A stretch of 63,652 bases of DNA, filler included, from Bigelowiella natans CCMP2755 (lineage: Eukaryota > Protista > Cercozoa): the NCBI GenBank assembly GCA_000320545.1. It is 5 parts of 5 records of this genome, joined end to end, with 100 filler letters (N's around TTAATTAATTAA, not from the genome) between each part and the next. Parts side by side here need not be neighbours in the genome. Positions count along the whole stretch, not along the records: positions 28,405 to 44,365 come from ADNK01001448.1; positions 44,466 to 59,898 come from ADNK01002566.1; 3 more parts are not named here. One strand, given 5' to 3'. The notes beneath the pieces are model-generated. The model had not been told where the DNA came from. It ran no database searches and was given only the letters and a program-made list of their open reading frames with translations. The position numbers and the translations under genes are program-made. Positions 41,081 through 54,358 of the stretch are shown piece by piece; position 1 is the first letter of the stretch; each line of letters opens with the position of its first letter.

Positions 41081-41691
41081 TTACATGTAGATATCAACAT
41101 ACGACTGACAATCAACCTCCTCAGGATATCAGAGCGGCCGTGGCGGCGACAGCAGCGACATGGAAGGTGGCGCGATGAAGGAAACGGCCCTCACGCGACT
41201 TAGGAGGCAATTGGAGGGGCTTGCCCGTCGGCGCCAGGCTGCTGCGCGCGAAAGAGAAGTGAAAGACGCTAAGGATCTCACGGCGTATATGAAAGAACAC
41301 CTGCATCAGCGATGGACAAACCGTGATAAGGTGTCTCCCGTGTTTGGAATTGATGAGTTTTGCGTCCCTTATCCTCACATGTACTGCTCTGCTGGCTGTG
41401 GTCTACCCGCCCCCTCCCCCGTCCTCTGTTTTAAGCATCGTGGGAACATGGAAAGAATCCAGATACCGCGCAATTTCGAGCTGGAGTGCAGTGAGGATAA
41501 TGATGATGATGATGGTGATGGTGGTATAGAGTGGATGATGGGGGGGAAGAAGAAGAAGAAGAAGATGAAGAAAGACCGACAGCCTGGAGAGCTTCCCTCC
41601 CTCTCTAGTTCGGATGCTGACGACGCTGAAAAGAGGAGGCAGCTCGACGAGATCGCAATGCGGGCCAATGCTCCTCTGTACGTACCCTTTG

Positions 41692-41749
<58 letters not shown>

Positions 41750-41901
41750 TGCGTCGTGCGTTAACAACAACTCTTGTGATCTCTCAGCTTCGAGGATAAC
41801 AGCGAGAGGAGGAATAGGGTTTGGGAAAAACAGGGAGTGCTCCGTGCGCCCCCCTACCACATACACCCCAACGGGACGATCGTCTTCCAAAGGTTTCTCG
41901 C

Positions 41902-41932
<31 letters not shown>

Positions 41933-42175
41933 CTTCTGAACAACAAACACGCCATCAACATCAACACCAATAACCCAACCACCATACTACCGCAGAGCCG
42001 CCTCTGCTCGCACGAGGGGATTGGACTTTGATGCCAAGGCGGAACTAGTCCGGCTGCTCGGTACGATCGTAAGACCAAGGGCCTTCATAGTAGCGATGTT
42101 CAGTAGATTCTTCGATGTTGCTACGCACTATAAGCCGCTGGAAAGTGTGGCTGTGTTGGAGAGACAGAGACACAC

Positions 42176-42231
<56 letters not shown>

Positions 42232-44365
42232 GCGGCGTATTACATCTCCGGCAAAGCGCAGAACTCCGTCGCCCCTCCCCCCCCCCCTTAAAACGTCTTC
42301 AAATCGCTGAGGCCATGCATTTAGTGATGCATGTAGTATACCCCCCGGTCGTCCTCACAAAGACTACACTATAATAGGCAACTCGCACGTTGACGATAGC
42401 TTCCTTCGGAGCTAAAGAAGCGGCATGCGGGGGTATTTTTCCGTTTTCTTCCCCCTTTCCAAAGGGGGGTTTGGGGGGGGGGGCGCTCTGCCCACTCATA
42501 CCACTTAAAAGATGCATTTGTGTCCTCAATTAACGCTAACCCGCTCACCCAGGGAGTGCGGAGGGAGAGGCGCTTGTTACTAGGCCAAGATGCGGACGGC
42601 GGACATCTGAGCCGTCGGGATGCTGACGTGGAGGGCCGCGAGGGAGAGGAAGAGCGCTTCTCTTCGATTTCCCTGGTCAAAATTGTCGTCGCCATCCTGC
42701 TGTGCGCTGCTACGCGGCCCCCTCCCGCACCAGCTCATGTTAAATCATACTTGGTCCCTGCGTGGGTGTGTGTGAAAAAAGAAAAAAAAAGAGGGGGGGG
42801 GGGGGGGGGGGGGGGCGAGATCTTGATATCTTATGCCTTTTAAGCGCACACAAAACTCGTCAGTTATTTTTTTATATTCATTTTCCGGCGAGTTCCCCCC
42901 TCTGATCCCCCCTGCTTCCTCCAAAGAACGAAGGACGGATTCAGTGGCAAAGGGGGAGGAAGAAGAAGCGGCGGGGACAGCTGTCCGTGGATGGCGTCTC
43001 CCAGGAAACCTCGGTGGTGGATCTACGTTGCAGCTCTGCCGCTATGGACGACGATGGTAATTATACTGCGAAATTAGAGCATTGTCATGTTTTGGCTATA
43101 TCTCTGTGTGCTATGTGGTATAAATACATTTGTGTGTGTGTGTGCGTGCGTCCGTGTAAGTAGAAGGCAGCCGCTGGAACAACGAGAGTCTTGGTAGCCT
43201 GAAGAGCTTCATCGTTGATGATGAGGACGATGCTGACGACGGCGAAGACCGCCGCAGAAAGAAGGAGAAGGGGGCGGGGAGAGACGGTGGAACGAAGAGG
43301 ATCAAGTCAACGACATCAGCTACAACAACAACGAAAATGACATCCTCGAGAAAGAAGAAACAAGGAGGGGGGGGTAGTGGGGACAGCCGGTCAAAAGCAC
43401 CCACTCGAGAAGAGGTAGATGCGGAGGAGGGAAAGGCCTGGGAGGAACGAGCAGCATACGAAGAGGCGACGAAGGGAGAGGAGAAGAAGAAGAAAAAGAA
43501 AAAGAAAAACCACCAGCAGCAGCAGCAGCACCGAGAGATGCGGAGAATGAAGCCTAATCAAAAAGAGGGTTATAAGGCCGCCTCCTCTTCAAGTTCCTCT
43601 TCCTCTTCCTCCTCCTCCTCATCATCATTATCACTTACCACGAGGCTAAAGCGAGCTAAGAGGAAGATGCAGCAAGTAAGGGGCCACCCATTCATTAGAG
43701 CTCGAAGAGACTTTGGCCTCGATGGCGGAGTTGTTGTTGTTGATGATGATGATGATGAGAAGCAACGGCCACGTCGCGACGCGAAGGAGCGGGGGGGCGG
43801 GGATGATGAGCTTGCATCGTCGCTGTCGGCATCGCTCTTCTCCAGCCGCATAGGGGACGACGAGGGGGGGGGGAGGCAGAGGCCCGAGTGGTATGATGAT
43901 GAAGACGTAAGCGACCTTCTCGCGAATGCTGAAGCGCAACTCGAAGGGCAGGGCAATAGAGAAGGCGGGGATCGAGGGGAGGAGGCGGGGATGGGGGAGA
44001 GGAGGAGGAGGAGGAGGAGAGACCGCGAGGAGAAAAGGGGTGGGAAAATGAGGACGCTTCTTGAGAGGCAAAAAGAATACCGGGAAGAGATACAGCAGCA
44101 CCAGCAGGAGGAAAGAAATAGGGCAACGGTATAGCAAGAGAGGGGGGGGGGGGGTTGGGGGAGAGGGAAGTGCACTGCACTAGTTGGTGGAAGAGTCTTT
44201 GCGTGCATCTGTTCTTTAGTGCGTGTGTGTATGTGTGTGTGTGTGTGTGTGCGTGTGTGTGTGTGTGTGTGCGTATGCGCATGGATGATTCTCCAGCAGG
44301 AGCCCTACCCAGCTCTTCAACATCATATACACACACACACACACACATACACATACACATACACA
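34574..44365 (+). CDS. Very long multi-exon hypothetical gene or genes: N-terminal TM anchor then acidic/low-complexity and coiled regions, truncated by gap
   Basis: N-terminal hydrophobic helix YAAFMLVFASIVVLQLL. A chain of plus-strand exons with GT-AG borders and natural-looking peptide (e.g. 39290-39635, 39862-40070, 40357-40540, 41123-41330, 43150-44130). No family recognised. May be two genes. Confidence 0.45.
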
Positions 44366-44465
44366 NNNNNNNNNNNNNNNNNNNNNNNNNNNNNNNNNNN
44401 NNNNNNNNNTTAATTAATTAANNNNNNNNNNNNNNNNNNNNNNNNNNNNNNNNNNNNNNNNNNNN
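44366..44465. other. Assembly gap with artificial linker
   Basis: N run with TTAATTAATTAA at 44410-44421. Confidence 0.97.
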
Positions 44466-44866
44466 CTTCCCACCCCCCCCTCCGCCCCCTGTTTTTTCCA
44501 TCCACCAATCTCTCCCCCTGCTGATCCTCCCCCCACCCCTCATCCCTCCTATCGTCGTGGTCGCGATCTCCCCTTTCCCCCCTCCCCCTCTTCTTCCCCC
44601 CCACCATCTCCCCCCATCGCTGAGTGGTAGTATTTTACATCTGCACATGATCCTCCACAGGTGCGTCCCCGCAGCACCACCCTCACCTCCTCCTCCCCCT
44701 CCCCCTCCCCTCCCCCTCCCCCTCCCCCTCACCCCTTCTTCTCCCCATCGATCTCGTCGCCATTGTCAATCCCGTGCATTTTGGACATAAGAGCATTAAT
44801 TGCATCGTGTGGGCGGAGTGTGCGTGGTGACGATGAAGATGCCAAGTGTAGCCTGCATATAAATAG

Positions 44867-44909
44867 GCGTTTCCAACTATGAAGTCGCGATGCTGAAGGA
44901 AATGGACTC

Positions 44910-44941
<32 letters not shown>

Positions 44942-45374
44942 AAGAAGGAGGAGGAGGAGGAGGAGGAGAAGAGGAGGAGGAAGACGAGCTTGCAATGTGA
45001 CTGCTGCCCCGTGGCCACTCATGTGCAAAATCACCTGTACACATATTACTACTCACACTCACAGATATGCGAAGATTGAGCCTGCAGTCAATCAGTTGGA
45101 GCTGCATCCTTTAAGGCAGATGCGAGTAATTGCCTTCCCTCCCATAATCAGCACGTATATCACAACGAGCGCCTTCCTCCTCATTTCCCCCCCCATTTTC
45201 CTCCTCCTCCTCCTCCTCTTCCTTCTCCATCTATTGCGAAATCCAGGAGGTCCAGAGCTATTGTCAGGAGAAAGGAATAGCTGTGATTGGGTATTAGTAC
45301 TTGTACTTGTTAGTAGTAGCGGCCGCATGCTAGAAGATCATTTGCCGAAGTAGGGATACAATCGTGCACATATA

Positions 45375-45415
<41 letters not shown>

Positions 45416-45673
45416 CTCATTTCTCTCGATCTCGCTCACTCACCTTTACCTCCACCTTCATTCCCTCCTTGCTCTCCAAGGTACGGTACCGAGATGTTGG
45501 CCAACCACACGGCTATTCGTGAGATTGCCCATAAGCATCGAAGCACCCCCTTCCAGGTGGTGGTGGACTCCTCGTCGTGATGACGTGAAAGATGGGTTCA
45601 GATGGTAATGGATGGATTTGATGGTGTTCTCAGGTGATACTGCGTTGGCGGATCCAAAAGGGTACAAGATCCC

Positions 45674-45705
<32 letters not shown>

Positions 45706-46375
45706 CAATCATCATTATTATTATTACCCATAAATGTCTGCATGTTTCCACGCCCTCAACCCTTGATTCCCCTCTCCCTCCTTAATCGTTTCTCAGGAAT
45801 GGTGTCGATCCCGCGTTCAACCCAGTAATTCATGCAAATAAATAAACACATAAATATCAAAATAACTGCACCAAATTACGCTTCAGTGGTATTAAAGTCC
45901 TCTCCTCCCCCCCTCCCCTCCACCACCTCCTCCTCCCCTCCCCCTCTCTTGACCCAACCGACCGTTGTAAAAGCTGGGAACATCTCCGAGAAAACCTGTT
46001 AGTAACGAATAGTAACCTCCTACACCTTGACCGCGGCGACATGGAGGTAGCAGGAGAGGAAAGGAGAAAGGGAGGGGGAGGAGGAGGAGCACGCAGAAAG
46101 CCATTCAAGATATAAACCCTAGCCGCAGTTTCAAAACCACCGCCATCATCCACCCACTTGGCAAGTACATGCAGCATAACTACTACTAGGTGCTGAAGGC
46201 CTTGGACGAAGGCCGCAGCTTCTACTGGCAAACGAAAAACCTCGAAACGGGGGTCGTGAAGGCGAGTAACTCTACGAGCAAGAAGAGGCATGGAAGGCAA
46301 ACAAAGCACCGAGAGGTAGATGGCAGACAGCATGGTGGGGTGGGATGTGAGTGGTCCTCTGTTCTTGGCGGATAA
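44867..46375 (+). CDS. Aldo-keto reductase family protein, C-terminal half; 5' part lost in gap
   Basis: Exons GVSNYE|YAKIEPAVNQLELHPL|EVQSYCQEKGIAVIG|AIREIAHKHRSTPFQ|VILRWRIQKG|MVSIPRST|SWEHLRENL...LDRGDME|VLKALDEG follow the AKR C-terminal motif order. The 3' end is uncertain. Confidence 0.9.
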
Positions 46376-46486
46376 TAACGTCAGGATGGTCATTATTAGG
46401 GAAGAGGAAAATCCAAAGTAGAAGGATGATGAGATAATGAGCGTCGTACATGCAAGAGTGCGTGCGTGAGTGTTAGTGTTAGTGTT

Positions 46487-46523
<37 letters not shown>

Positions 46524-47441
46524 CTTTTTTTTTAAACTTTTGCTGTGCCGCCACTGCTCCCAAATGCCAGGATGAGCTCTAGCGGCCGCCTTTCCCCGTC
46601 TGTCTATCTATGAGGAACGAGATCGATCGCGCACTGCCAGGAGGCATGCATGTGGAGGCTTGTGCACGAATAGCACATCTTCATAATCTTCTAGCGATGT
46701 GCTAGCTCAATCAGCGTATCGACACATGTTAATAATTAGGTTATGACGATGTGCAGGTTGTCATTTATCACACAAGCGTATACGCTGTCTATTATGAACA
46801 TGAATGTGCATCATGTATACCTTTGTCTATACTGTAAAGTTGATACAATGTAGTCATCTGCTCTTGTTCATAGAGCGTTGATGTTCGATTATTTCGAGCA
46901 CGGCCGCAGTGCGAAATTAAGGGTGATGATAGTACGTGCTGTAAGCGTGATGGCTATGTGCAAAGAACATATGATGGAACAAAGAGGTTGCGTTATAGCG
47001 ATGGTGCCAAATCATTGATAAATTGCATGCTATGCCAGCATGTCACATTTCGCTTGTTATTGTGCGGTCGCGATGAGACACGTTGTTTGCTCGCATGCGT
47101 GGGACGGATGGAATGAAATGGTAGCGCATTGCTTTTCAATGGTCATCAAATATATAGCTATGCAGAGCGGCGGCCACAGCGCTTATAACTTGGATTTATT
47201 CGTTTCTGCAATGACTGTGTTCTATGCTAGCAATCGATGTGGAATATATAGTAAGGAATTGATCGATGAACTACATACGATCGATTAGCAGATGATCCAC
47301 ATTGCTGTGCTGGACATTCTGGAGAATATACTACCATGCATGAAAGGCAGCTCAACACATCGTAGTCGTCATCCGCCTGTATGCACATTCTGTTGGGTTT
47401 GAGCTTATGCGCTTCGATGCTCGGCGTTGCTGGATGCGGTG

Positions 47442-48098
47442 TCACTTACTAGCTGCTTCCTCGTCTTGCGGATGGCTGCGGACAAATTCGTCGTATTCCG
47501 CCTGCACAAGTTGAGAGAAGGGAAAGGGAAGAAGAAGACGAAGAAGAAGAAGAAGAGAAACAAGCAGATGATGAGGAACAACAAGAATGCCAGTAACAAG
47601 AAGATTGCTGTGTGTGTGCGTGTGTGTGTGTGTGTGCGTGTGTGCGCGCGCGTCTGCAACATGCGAGAATAGTTTTATCCTGTCTCTATTCTCTTTTTTC
47701 CCAAACAAGAGGTGACGGTGCAAAAATAATGTGTCAAGGGACTGCAAGACAAGAGTAGGAGGGGAGGTGGGGGGGAAGGAAAGCAAAGCGCTTATTACTA
47801 GTAGTAATTCGCAGAAAGCTTTGGCTTCATCTAACGTCTCGGGCACTTTATACTGAAAAACAACAAAACAGATGCAGCGCAATGAGGGACAAGGAAGAAG
47901 CAGATGATCGAGGTCTGTCGTTGTATTAAGCGATGGCAAGCTGAAGTTTGAAGCACTGCACATCTCGTGGCGAGGTCGAGATGAAAGCGACAACTAAGAC
48001 AGCTGCGAATTGGTGTATGGAGACACACACACACACACGTGCACACGCCGAACACACATACACGTCAAGTCGGTTGGGTTTCTGTGCTGCTGCTGCTG

Positions 48099-48134
<36 letters not shown>

Positions 48135-48515
48135 GTGTGTGTGTGAATGGTTGTGGTAGGCGGGGTAACTAAGTAATGTGCCCTCACCTTGCGGCTTTTA
48201 AGCGCCTCTCGTACCGTTTCAGGGTTCTCCGCCTCCAACTACCATCGATATACAAGTCACATTAGCATGGGAAACACGAAGAGGTAGGAAGAACGACAGA
48301 GGATGCTCCTCTTTGCGTCGGTACAACGACGATTTTGCAACTTTACCATCTCCAAGTCCTCACGAGCGAATACGTATCCTAGATCCGCGCTCACACAGAG
48401 GTACTTGAGGGCCTTGTTCAAATCCTAAGAGGAGGAGGGAGGGAGGAGGAGGAGGAGGACGAGAAAGTAACTTGATCAGGCATTTGAGCTGAGAAAATGA
48501 TTGACACACACACAT

Positions 48516-48546
<31 letters not shown>

Positions 48547-49373
48547 TGCGCTCGCGGCACGCATACCTTCGTAACTCCAACACCTTTTTCGTAACAATAT
48601 CCTACACACACACACACAGAGAGAGAGAGAGAGCGTAAATTTGTGGGAAAATGAAGAGCAGGGTCATAATCCGTAGCTTATTGGTGCAATATCCCACGAA
48701 TTACTATCTTTCCGGCCAGGATCGTTATCGATGTCGAATCTTAAAGATTCCCCCCCCCCCCCCCCCCATTCCCTCTTCCTCATCGTGGCAACCATTCTGA
48801 TAGCCATCACATCAGAAGTACTACCAAGGCTGTAAAGGGCCACACAATGTCCCTGAAGTGCTGCACGGAAATAGAATTCCACAGCCTGAGAGCATATGAA
48901 AATTGAGCATACTTTCAACGAGAAGCCGCCGCCCCCCCTCCCCTCCTTGTTTTTGTCTCCAGTGACCTTCGTGAGCGACGCTTCAATGCCATGACCGAAC
49001 TGGTAGCACGACCTACAAAGTAGGAGTATGGGTGCTCATTAATATGCTCTCTCTTCTTCGTGTGTTTGCAGGCAAAGAGATATGCGTTCGCATTTGTATT
49101 GTTGTCACTCCTTCTCATCAGCCCACAAGGAGCTGGAGCAGATAAAGGCTGTACCCGAGGCAGCGCATGGCCGTTGGGTTGTTCTCCTCGACTCCCGCTT
49201 TGTACCACCGCACCTACGAAAGGAATAGGAACGAGAAGCGACGGTTATTCCTTGCGTGTAGCTCAAGGGCGATTCGAATTGCATGGGCAGAAAGCAGCAG
49301 TAGAAGGGCTCGAGACGGATGCAAAGTTATTCGTAATGGAAGGTCTTGTCAATTTTTGCCCGATGCCATGTGT

Positions 49374-49444
<71 letters not shown>

Positions 49445-49509
49445 TGTGTGCCCAACAACGGGTGTACCTCTGCCCCATCCTCCTCCCCTAGTTTACACGC
49501 ACCCGCACG

Positions 49510-49550
<41 letters not shown>

Positions 49551-49845
49551 GATATGTATTACCGCTTGTTCGCACGATTTTTTGACTCCGATTCCAACAT
49601 GATAGCAATGGCCGAGCTGCACCTGTGTACAGCAATGTTACTGCAACGAGTACCGCAATATATAGGGAGGGGGGAAGAAAAAGGAGCACAGCAGCGACTC
49701 TAGCCTCCGCATACTTCCTAGCGAAATTTCACGACGTCCATTGGTTATTAGTGCGATGTACCATGGCGAAGGAGTTTCCCATCTCCACGCCTTTACGGTA
49801 GCACCGAACGGCCTTTCCTGGGCTGACGCGCTTCGATATCAGGCC

Positions 49846-49892
<47 letters not shown>

Positions 49893-50750
49893 ATATTTAC
49901 ATGCTTGTATTGACTTCGTATGTGTGTCCGTGCGTGTGGAGCGAGATGGGCAAACGAACCAGATGATGCATAATTCCCTCCGCAGTGATACTGCCTTCTT
50001 TGGAAGCCTACGCGTGGGCAGATGCCAGATTATGCGATCGTGAATGAAACGTGCACACATTATCTTGCGTTGGGTTGTGTCTGTGTGCGAATCAATTGAC
50101 TTGGACACACTTGAGGGAGATGAATTGACGAGTCTCTTTTATTGGCCCTCATCACTCATATCGTATCAGCTCGAAAAGGCAAAATTCATATTCATGAAGG
50201 GGGCGGCTTGGTTGGGGTTGTGCTAAGTGCAAAGCTACAAATTGGACACTAACAACGATAACAACGCATACGCGGCAAGACCTCTTCCATCAACGCCATT
50301 CCCTTCTGATGATCGATCACCTTTTCAAGGAGGGGGGTACGAGGGCACAGGAAATGCAAGATCAACGGAATGACGCTCGGCTTCCAACATTCATCGAGAG
50401 GCGAGGCAGGGATAATTCGGATTTCGTTCTAATTCTTCCGGAAGAAGACAAAATCTTAATCTTTTTAGGAAACATTTAGACTTTTGTTCCGCGACGAGAC
50501 AGGGATGTCTAAAGCTTAATCGTCATTATTAGTTATTTTCTGATGAAACTTTTCGACCTTGAAGTGGATTCCATGGAAAATGCTGTACCCTTCTTCAAGC
50601 TTTTGTTGAGCCCTCTCAAGTCGCGTTTTGACGGGAGGCCGTTTCTTCTCCTCCTCCTTCTTTTCTCTTTCCTCCTTCTTTTCTCCTTCCTCCTCAACTT
50701 GATCGACGCCGAAGTTGCTCTGCTGGCCGACCTTTTCAGCCGTCACCTGT
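47442..50750 (-). CDS. Sel1-like repeat (SLR/TPR) protein, multi-exon; 5' end may extend to about 51900
   Basis: Spliced repeats AVRCYRKGVEMGNSFAM|VQLGHCYHVGIGVKKSCEQA|VRWYKAGVEENNPTAMRCLG|SCYQFGHGIEASLTK|AVEFYFRAALQGHCVALYSLG|YCYEKGVGVTK|DLNKALKYL. Stop TGA at 47444-47442. Confidence 0.88.
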
Positions 50751-51100
50751 AGGCATAACGCCCGGACAACAAAGCAACTTCAAATAATGACAAAATAATT
50801 GCAAGAAATCCTGATGTTTATCAAGTGGAGAGAGATGTATTCTGTTGCGTGATTTAGAAGTTGCGCCCATACACCTTTTGTTCCTCCTCTCTTTTGACAC
50901 GGACAATTGCAGGCGTTTTCTTCACCTGTAGGCATAATACCAAGACAGCAAAGCAACTTCAAATATTGACAAAACAATTGGAAGAAATCCTGATGTTCAT
51001 CAAGTAGATACGCATTCTTCTGCGTGATGTAGATGTTGCCCTAACGCACCCCACGTTCCTTTCTTTTGACTCGATCACTCGCAGCGGTTTTCTTCGGGGA
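50743..51100 (-). repeat. Imperfect tandem duplication of an exon+intron unit (about 179 bp x2)
   Basis: TCACCTGTAGGCATAA starts at 50743 and 50922. AAAGCAACTTCAAATA and AAGAAATCCTGATGTT occur in both copies. Confidence 0.85.
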
Positions 51101-52170
51101 ACTACCGCGTCTAATTTTCCAGTAGGATCTCAAATTAATCGACGACAACAAATACGTTTGAAATAAAATTGGATTGCAGCAGGAGTGCCACACCAAAATA
51201 AAAATTAGCAATATCGTCGGACTTCAAAATGTCATGCAAAAAGGTTACTATTGCTAAAGCAAAGGACAAAAAAATCGTAAGACTTGAGCCAATCTTCAAT
51301 CCTCGCCTCAGAATTGCGGAAATCATCGTCCATCCAATATTGCAGTGAGGGCCTTGTTTCTCTGATTGAAAAGGAGGCGAATGAGATGGAGAAAGACCTG
51401 CAGAGTTGAGGCGTCACAGAATTCACGATGAACCTGCTAGTAGACTTCAGTTGGGTTTTCTCAGCCACTGGCCTTAGCCTGGCGTTTCTTAACCTCCGCT
51501 TTTTTTTCATACCCAGTCTCTTCTTCTGCAACGAAGTGATTATGTGAGGCGCGAACACGTTTTTATCTGGATCGCCACCACCTTCACCACCACCACCACC
51601 ACAACCAGAGGTAAAAGGAATCCCACTAAGCCTTCTTCGGGACCTTCATTCTGTTTCTCACCTTCTGCCCTCGTGCAGGCATGGTGGATGGAAGCCGCGA
51701 CTTGTATCGGTCCCTTCTGTGCGTGCAGCAGGCATTCCCCATCCTGAAGCTTGCTTCCAAGTCTGAAGATCTCTGTCCGTCGTCGTCGTCGTCGGTGTTG
51801 TCGTCCTCACGTGGGCCAATTTTTATGCGGAATACATCCTAAACTTCTCGCAATGGAATCCTGCAGTCAGCAGCAGCAGCAGCAGCAGAAGCAACCAGCA
51901 GCGACGAAGACCATTCAAGACGTGTGTAACGTAGGTCATCAGAGCTTAGATCTACTGAGAATTTCCACCTGCGACATGTCCACTTTGATGTCGCAGGGTA
52001 CAGAACAATTTCTTTTATTTAAAATCGGGAAAAATATCTAAATTTAGCCCGTTTCAGGTAAGAAACTTAGAAAACTTCATACAGAGCCTTGTCGCTTTTA
52101 CTGCTTTGCATGCGATTTTGGTGCAGTGATTGGAAGATCTTTTTGTTCTGAATATTCTCCCGACAAAAAA

Positions 52171-52823
52171 ATGGCTGCCGGGACTCTGGGCGCGGGTGAC
52201 GGTTGGATCCAGAGGGAGAGGAGGAATGCGCCTGCTTGGGTGTTCCACACCGCCATTGGTTTATGGATATTGTTAGTGATGGTAGTCGTACTATCAACGG
52301 TCACACCATTCCCCTCGCGGCTTTCTTTGGGGCTCAGGATGCGCTCTATTTCCCCTCCCTCTGCACAAGCGTCGGGGACCACGTATAAACAGCCAGCACC
52401 TATGCGGTTCAACAAACGACTGTTCAATAGGATTACCTGCTCTGAACCTCTCACCACTATTCCAGCTCGAAGTGTGGGCAGGTCGGATGGCAGAGCCACT
52501 GCTTTCAAAATTCGCGTCGCAGGTACTGGTCCATTAAACTGATCTCTTTGGTTCATTAAACTGATCTCTTGTGCACGGCCATCATCGACTGTCCAATCAG
52601 ATGAAGAAGTTGACCTAATGAGAAACCGACTGATTGATTCTGAGCCAAAGGTATTAATTGACTAAATTTCGTTCAGTGTGCCCTGGGTGATGGCGATAGC
52701 CTTTAAGAGCCTGAACACATCACCTCCTAATTGAGCAGATTACTGGTGAAATGATTATGACTCTACTTATGGCAAAGTAAGTGTCGAGGAAAATAGGGAG
52801 GCGGGGTAGGCAATATGTATATA

Positions 52824-52868
<45 letters not shown>

Positions 52869-53500
52869 CAATATATGTATATAGAGAGAAAGTTGGAGGT
52901 AACTCTCCGTTGTGTGGAAACTCGATGTAATTGAAAGATTTACGGAAGTACGCAATCATTTGTCGTAGGTACGGACGGGCTTATGATGTGAGACTCTGCA
53001 AGAGGAGAGACGCTTTCGGGAATTCGAAAGTAATAAATAAAAAGTTTCGATCATTGCCATACTCGTTCGCGAACCTGCGACGACGGAAAATATTGCAATA
53101 AAACATGTGCGTATGATCATGGTGCATGGTGTAATTTCCTCCAGGTTTACTTGCAGATTATGTGGAAATTTCTTGGACAACGAGGATTTATGGTATTTCA
53201 CGTCGAATCCGTCATATTTACACCATTGACTACTAATACCAATGTACATCATCACTATAATACCGCCCCTATCATGAAGGCGCAGCTGTCGTTTGTGGTT
53301 TGAATGAGATGAAAATGATACATCAGAGCGAAGAAAGCTATTTAGCGCAACTAGACTCTGTAGCAGCCAAAGTAAATGAATGGGGGTGTGCCACCGATGT
53401 GCTTGACGGCATCGAGAAGTGCAAACAAAGACCTAAAGTAGACACTGCTGGAGCGAACGCAATCATGATTCCGCTGAATATTGACACAGAAGTCTTATGA
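52171..53500 (+). CDS. DUF3067-family protein (cyanobacterial/plastid family) with bipartite plastid-type leader
   Basis: Leader has hydrophobic AIGLWILLVMVVVLS then an S/R-rich stretch. Phase-consistent exons give MAK|YGRAYDVRL...VYLQIMWKFLGQRGF...SEESYLAQLDSVAAKVNEWG...QRPKV...IMIPL, matching the recalled DUF3067 pattern. Confidence 0.85.
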
Positions 53501-54119
53501 GATAGAAGCAAATTAGATGGTGTGTAACTCCTGACGACGAATGTGAATTCGAGTGTAAAGTGCAGGTCGGGACAAATGATTGGCAGTGAAAAACATGGCA
53601 ACTGCAGAGATGGTGGCTGTGTATGTCTGGTGTACGATCATGTGTTCAGCAATGCAAACCCTTTGATCAAATCAAACAGACCACAACAGATGCGATTGCC
53701 CAAATGTGAGTGCCAATTTTGGGCATCATCGCGGCGTCCATTCTGTAGGCGCAAATGACAACTGCGTGACGAGAGAGCGCATGATGGTGGCATCAAAATG
53801 GACTCAATCGGCTCGCAAATGACAATGAATGGTTCTTGCATAATTTGCGCCCGCCCGGTTTGTGCACACATGGCCCAATGCAAGGAAATCAGCAACGCAA
53901 CTGTGCAAAAAAAGTGACACACCTTCAGTTGTTTTGCCAACGTGCATGCACCACATGCATGCAACACGTGAAAAATGAAGCATGAAAATGAATGATGATG
54001 GTCATCCCAACATGCAGCCACGCACGTGTGTGCAAACATGCGAGCGATCGCGCTTGTGGCAGATGACAGCCAACGTGAGCTGATGACAGACAACGTGATG
54101 TTGCACACGTGATGCCCAC

Positions 54120-54358
54120 TTGGGAACTCCAAAGCAACGGCGTCTGACCGCCACAGTCCTTCGCCTCGACGTTTGCCTTCTCACCAACCAGACACTTGAC
54201 GATCTCCAAACAAACATTGTGAGAAGCCCAAGTCAACGGCGTGCGACCGTGTTTGCGCTGTCCCCATCATCGACATCTGCCTTTTGCTCAATGAGACGCT
54301 TGAATTGAAGAAGGTCGTTGTCGCTAATCACCGCATTGATGAGCGCAGAATCAGACAT
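54120..54358 (-). pseudogene. Ankyrin-repeat pseudogene exon inside TpA-free island C (53640-54360)
   Basis: MSDSALINAV...LIEQKADVDDGD, then a frameshift, then GRTPLTWASHNVCLEIVKCLVGEKANVEAKDCGGQTPLLWSSQ followed by a GTGGGC donor. Only about 3 TA in 53641-54360. Confidence 0.85.

Noticed and set aside
41570-41680. Minus-strand SIGPHCD resembling a 2OG-Fe(II)/AlkB HxD motif
   Set aside because: Flanking exons read coherently on the plus strand with proper splice sites, and no other AlkB motifs were found.
52098-52556. 152-aa minus-strand ORF
   Set aside because: Antisense shadow of the DUF3067 leader exon, which splices in phase on the plus strand.
52532-52570. Short intronic direct repeats (also about 989-1020, 16741-16790, 25870-25915)
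   Set aside because: Ordinary slippage micro-duplications. There are no spacer arrays, so no CRISPR-like structure and no evidence of mobile-element ends.
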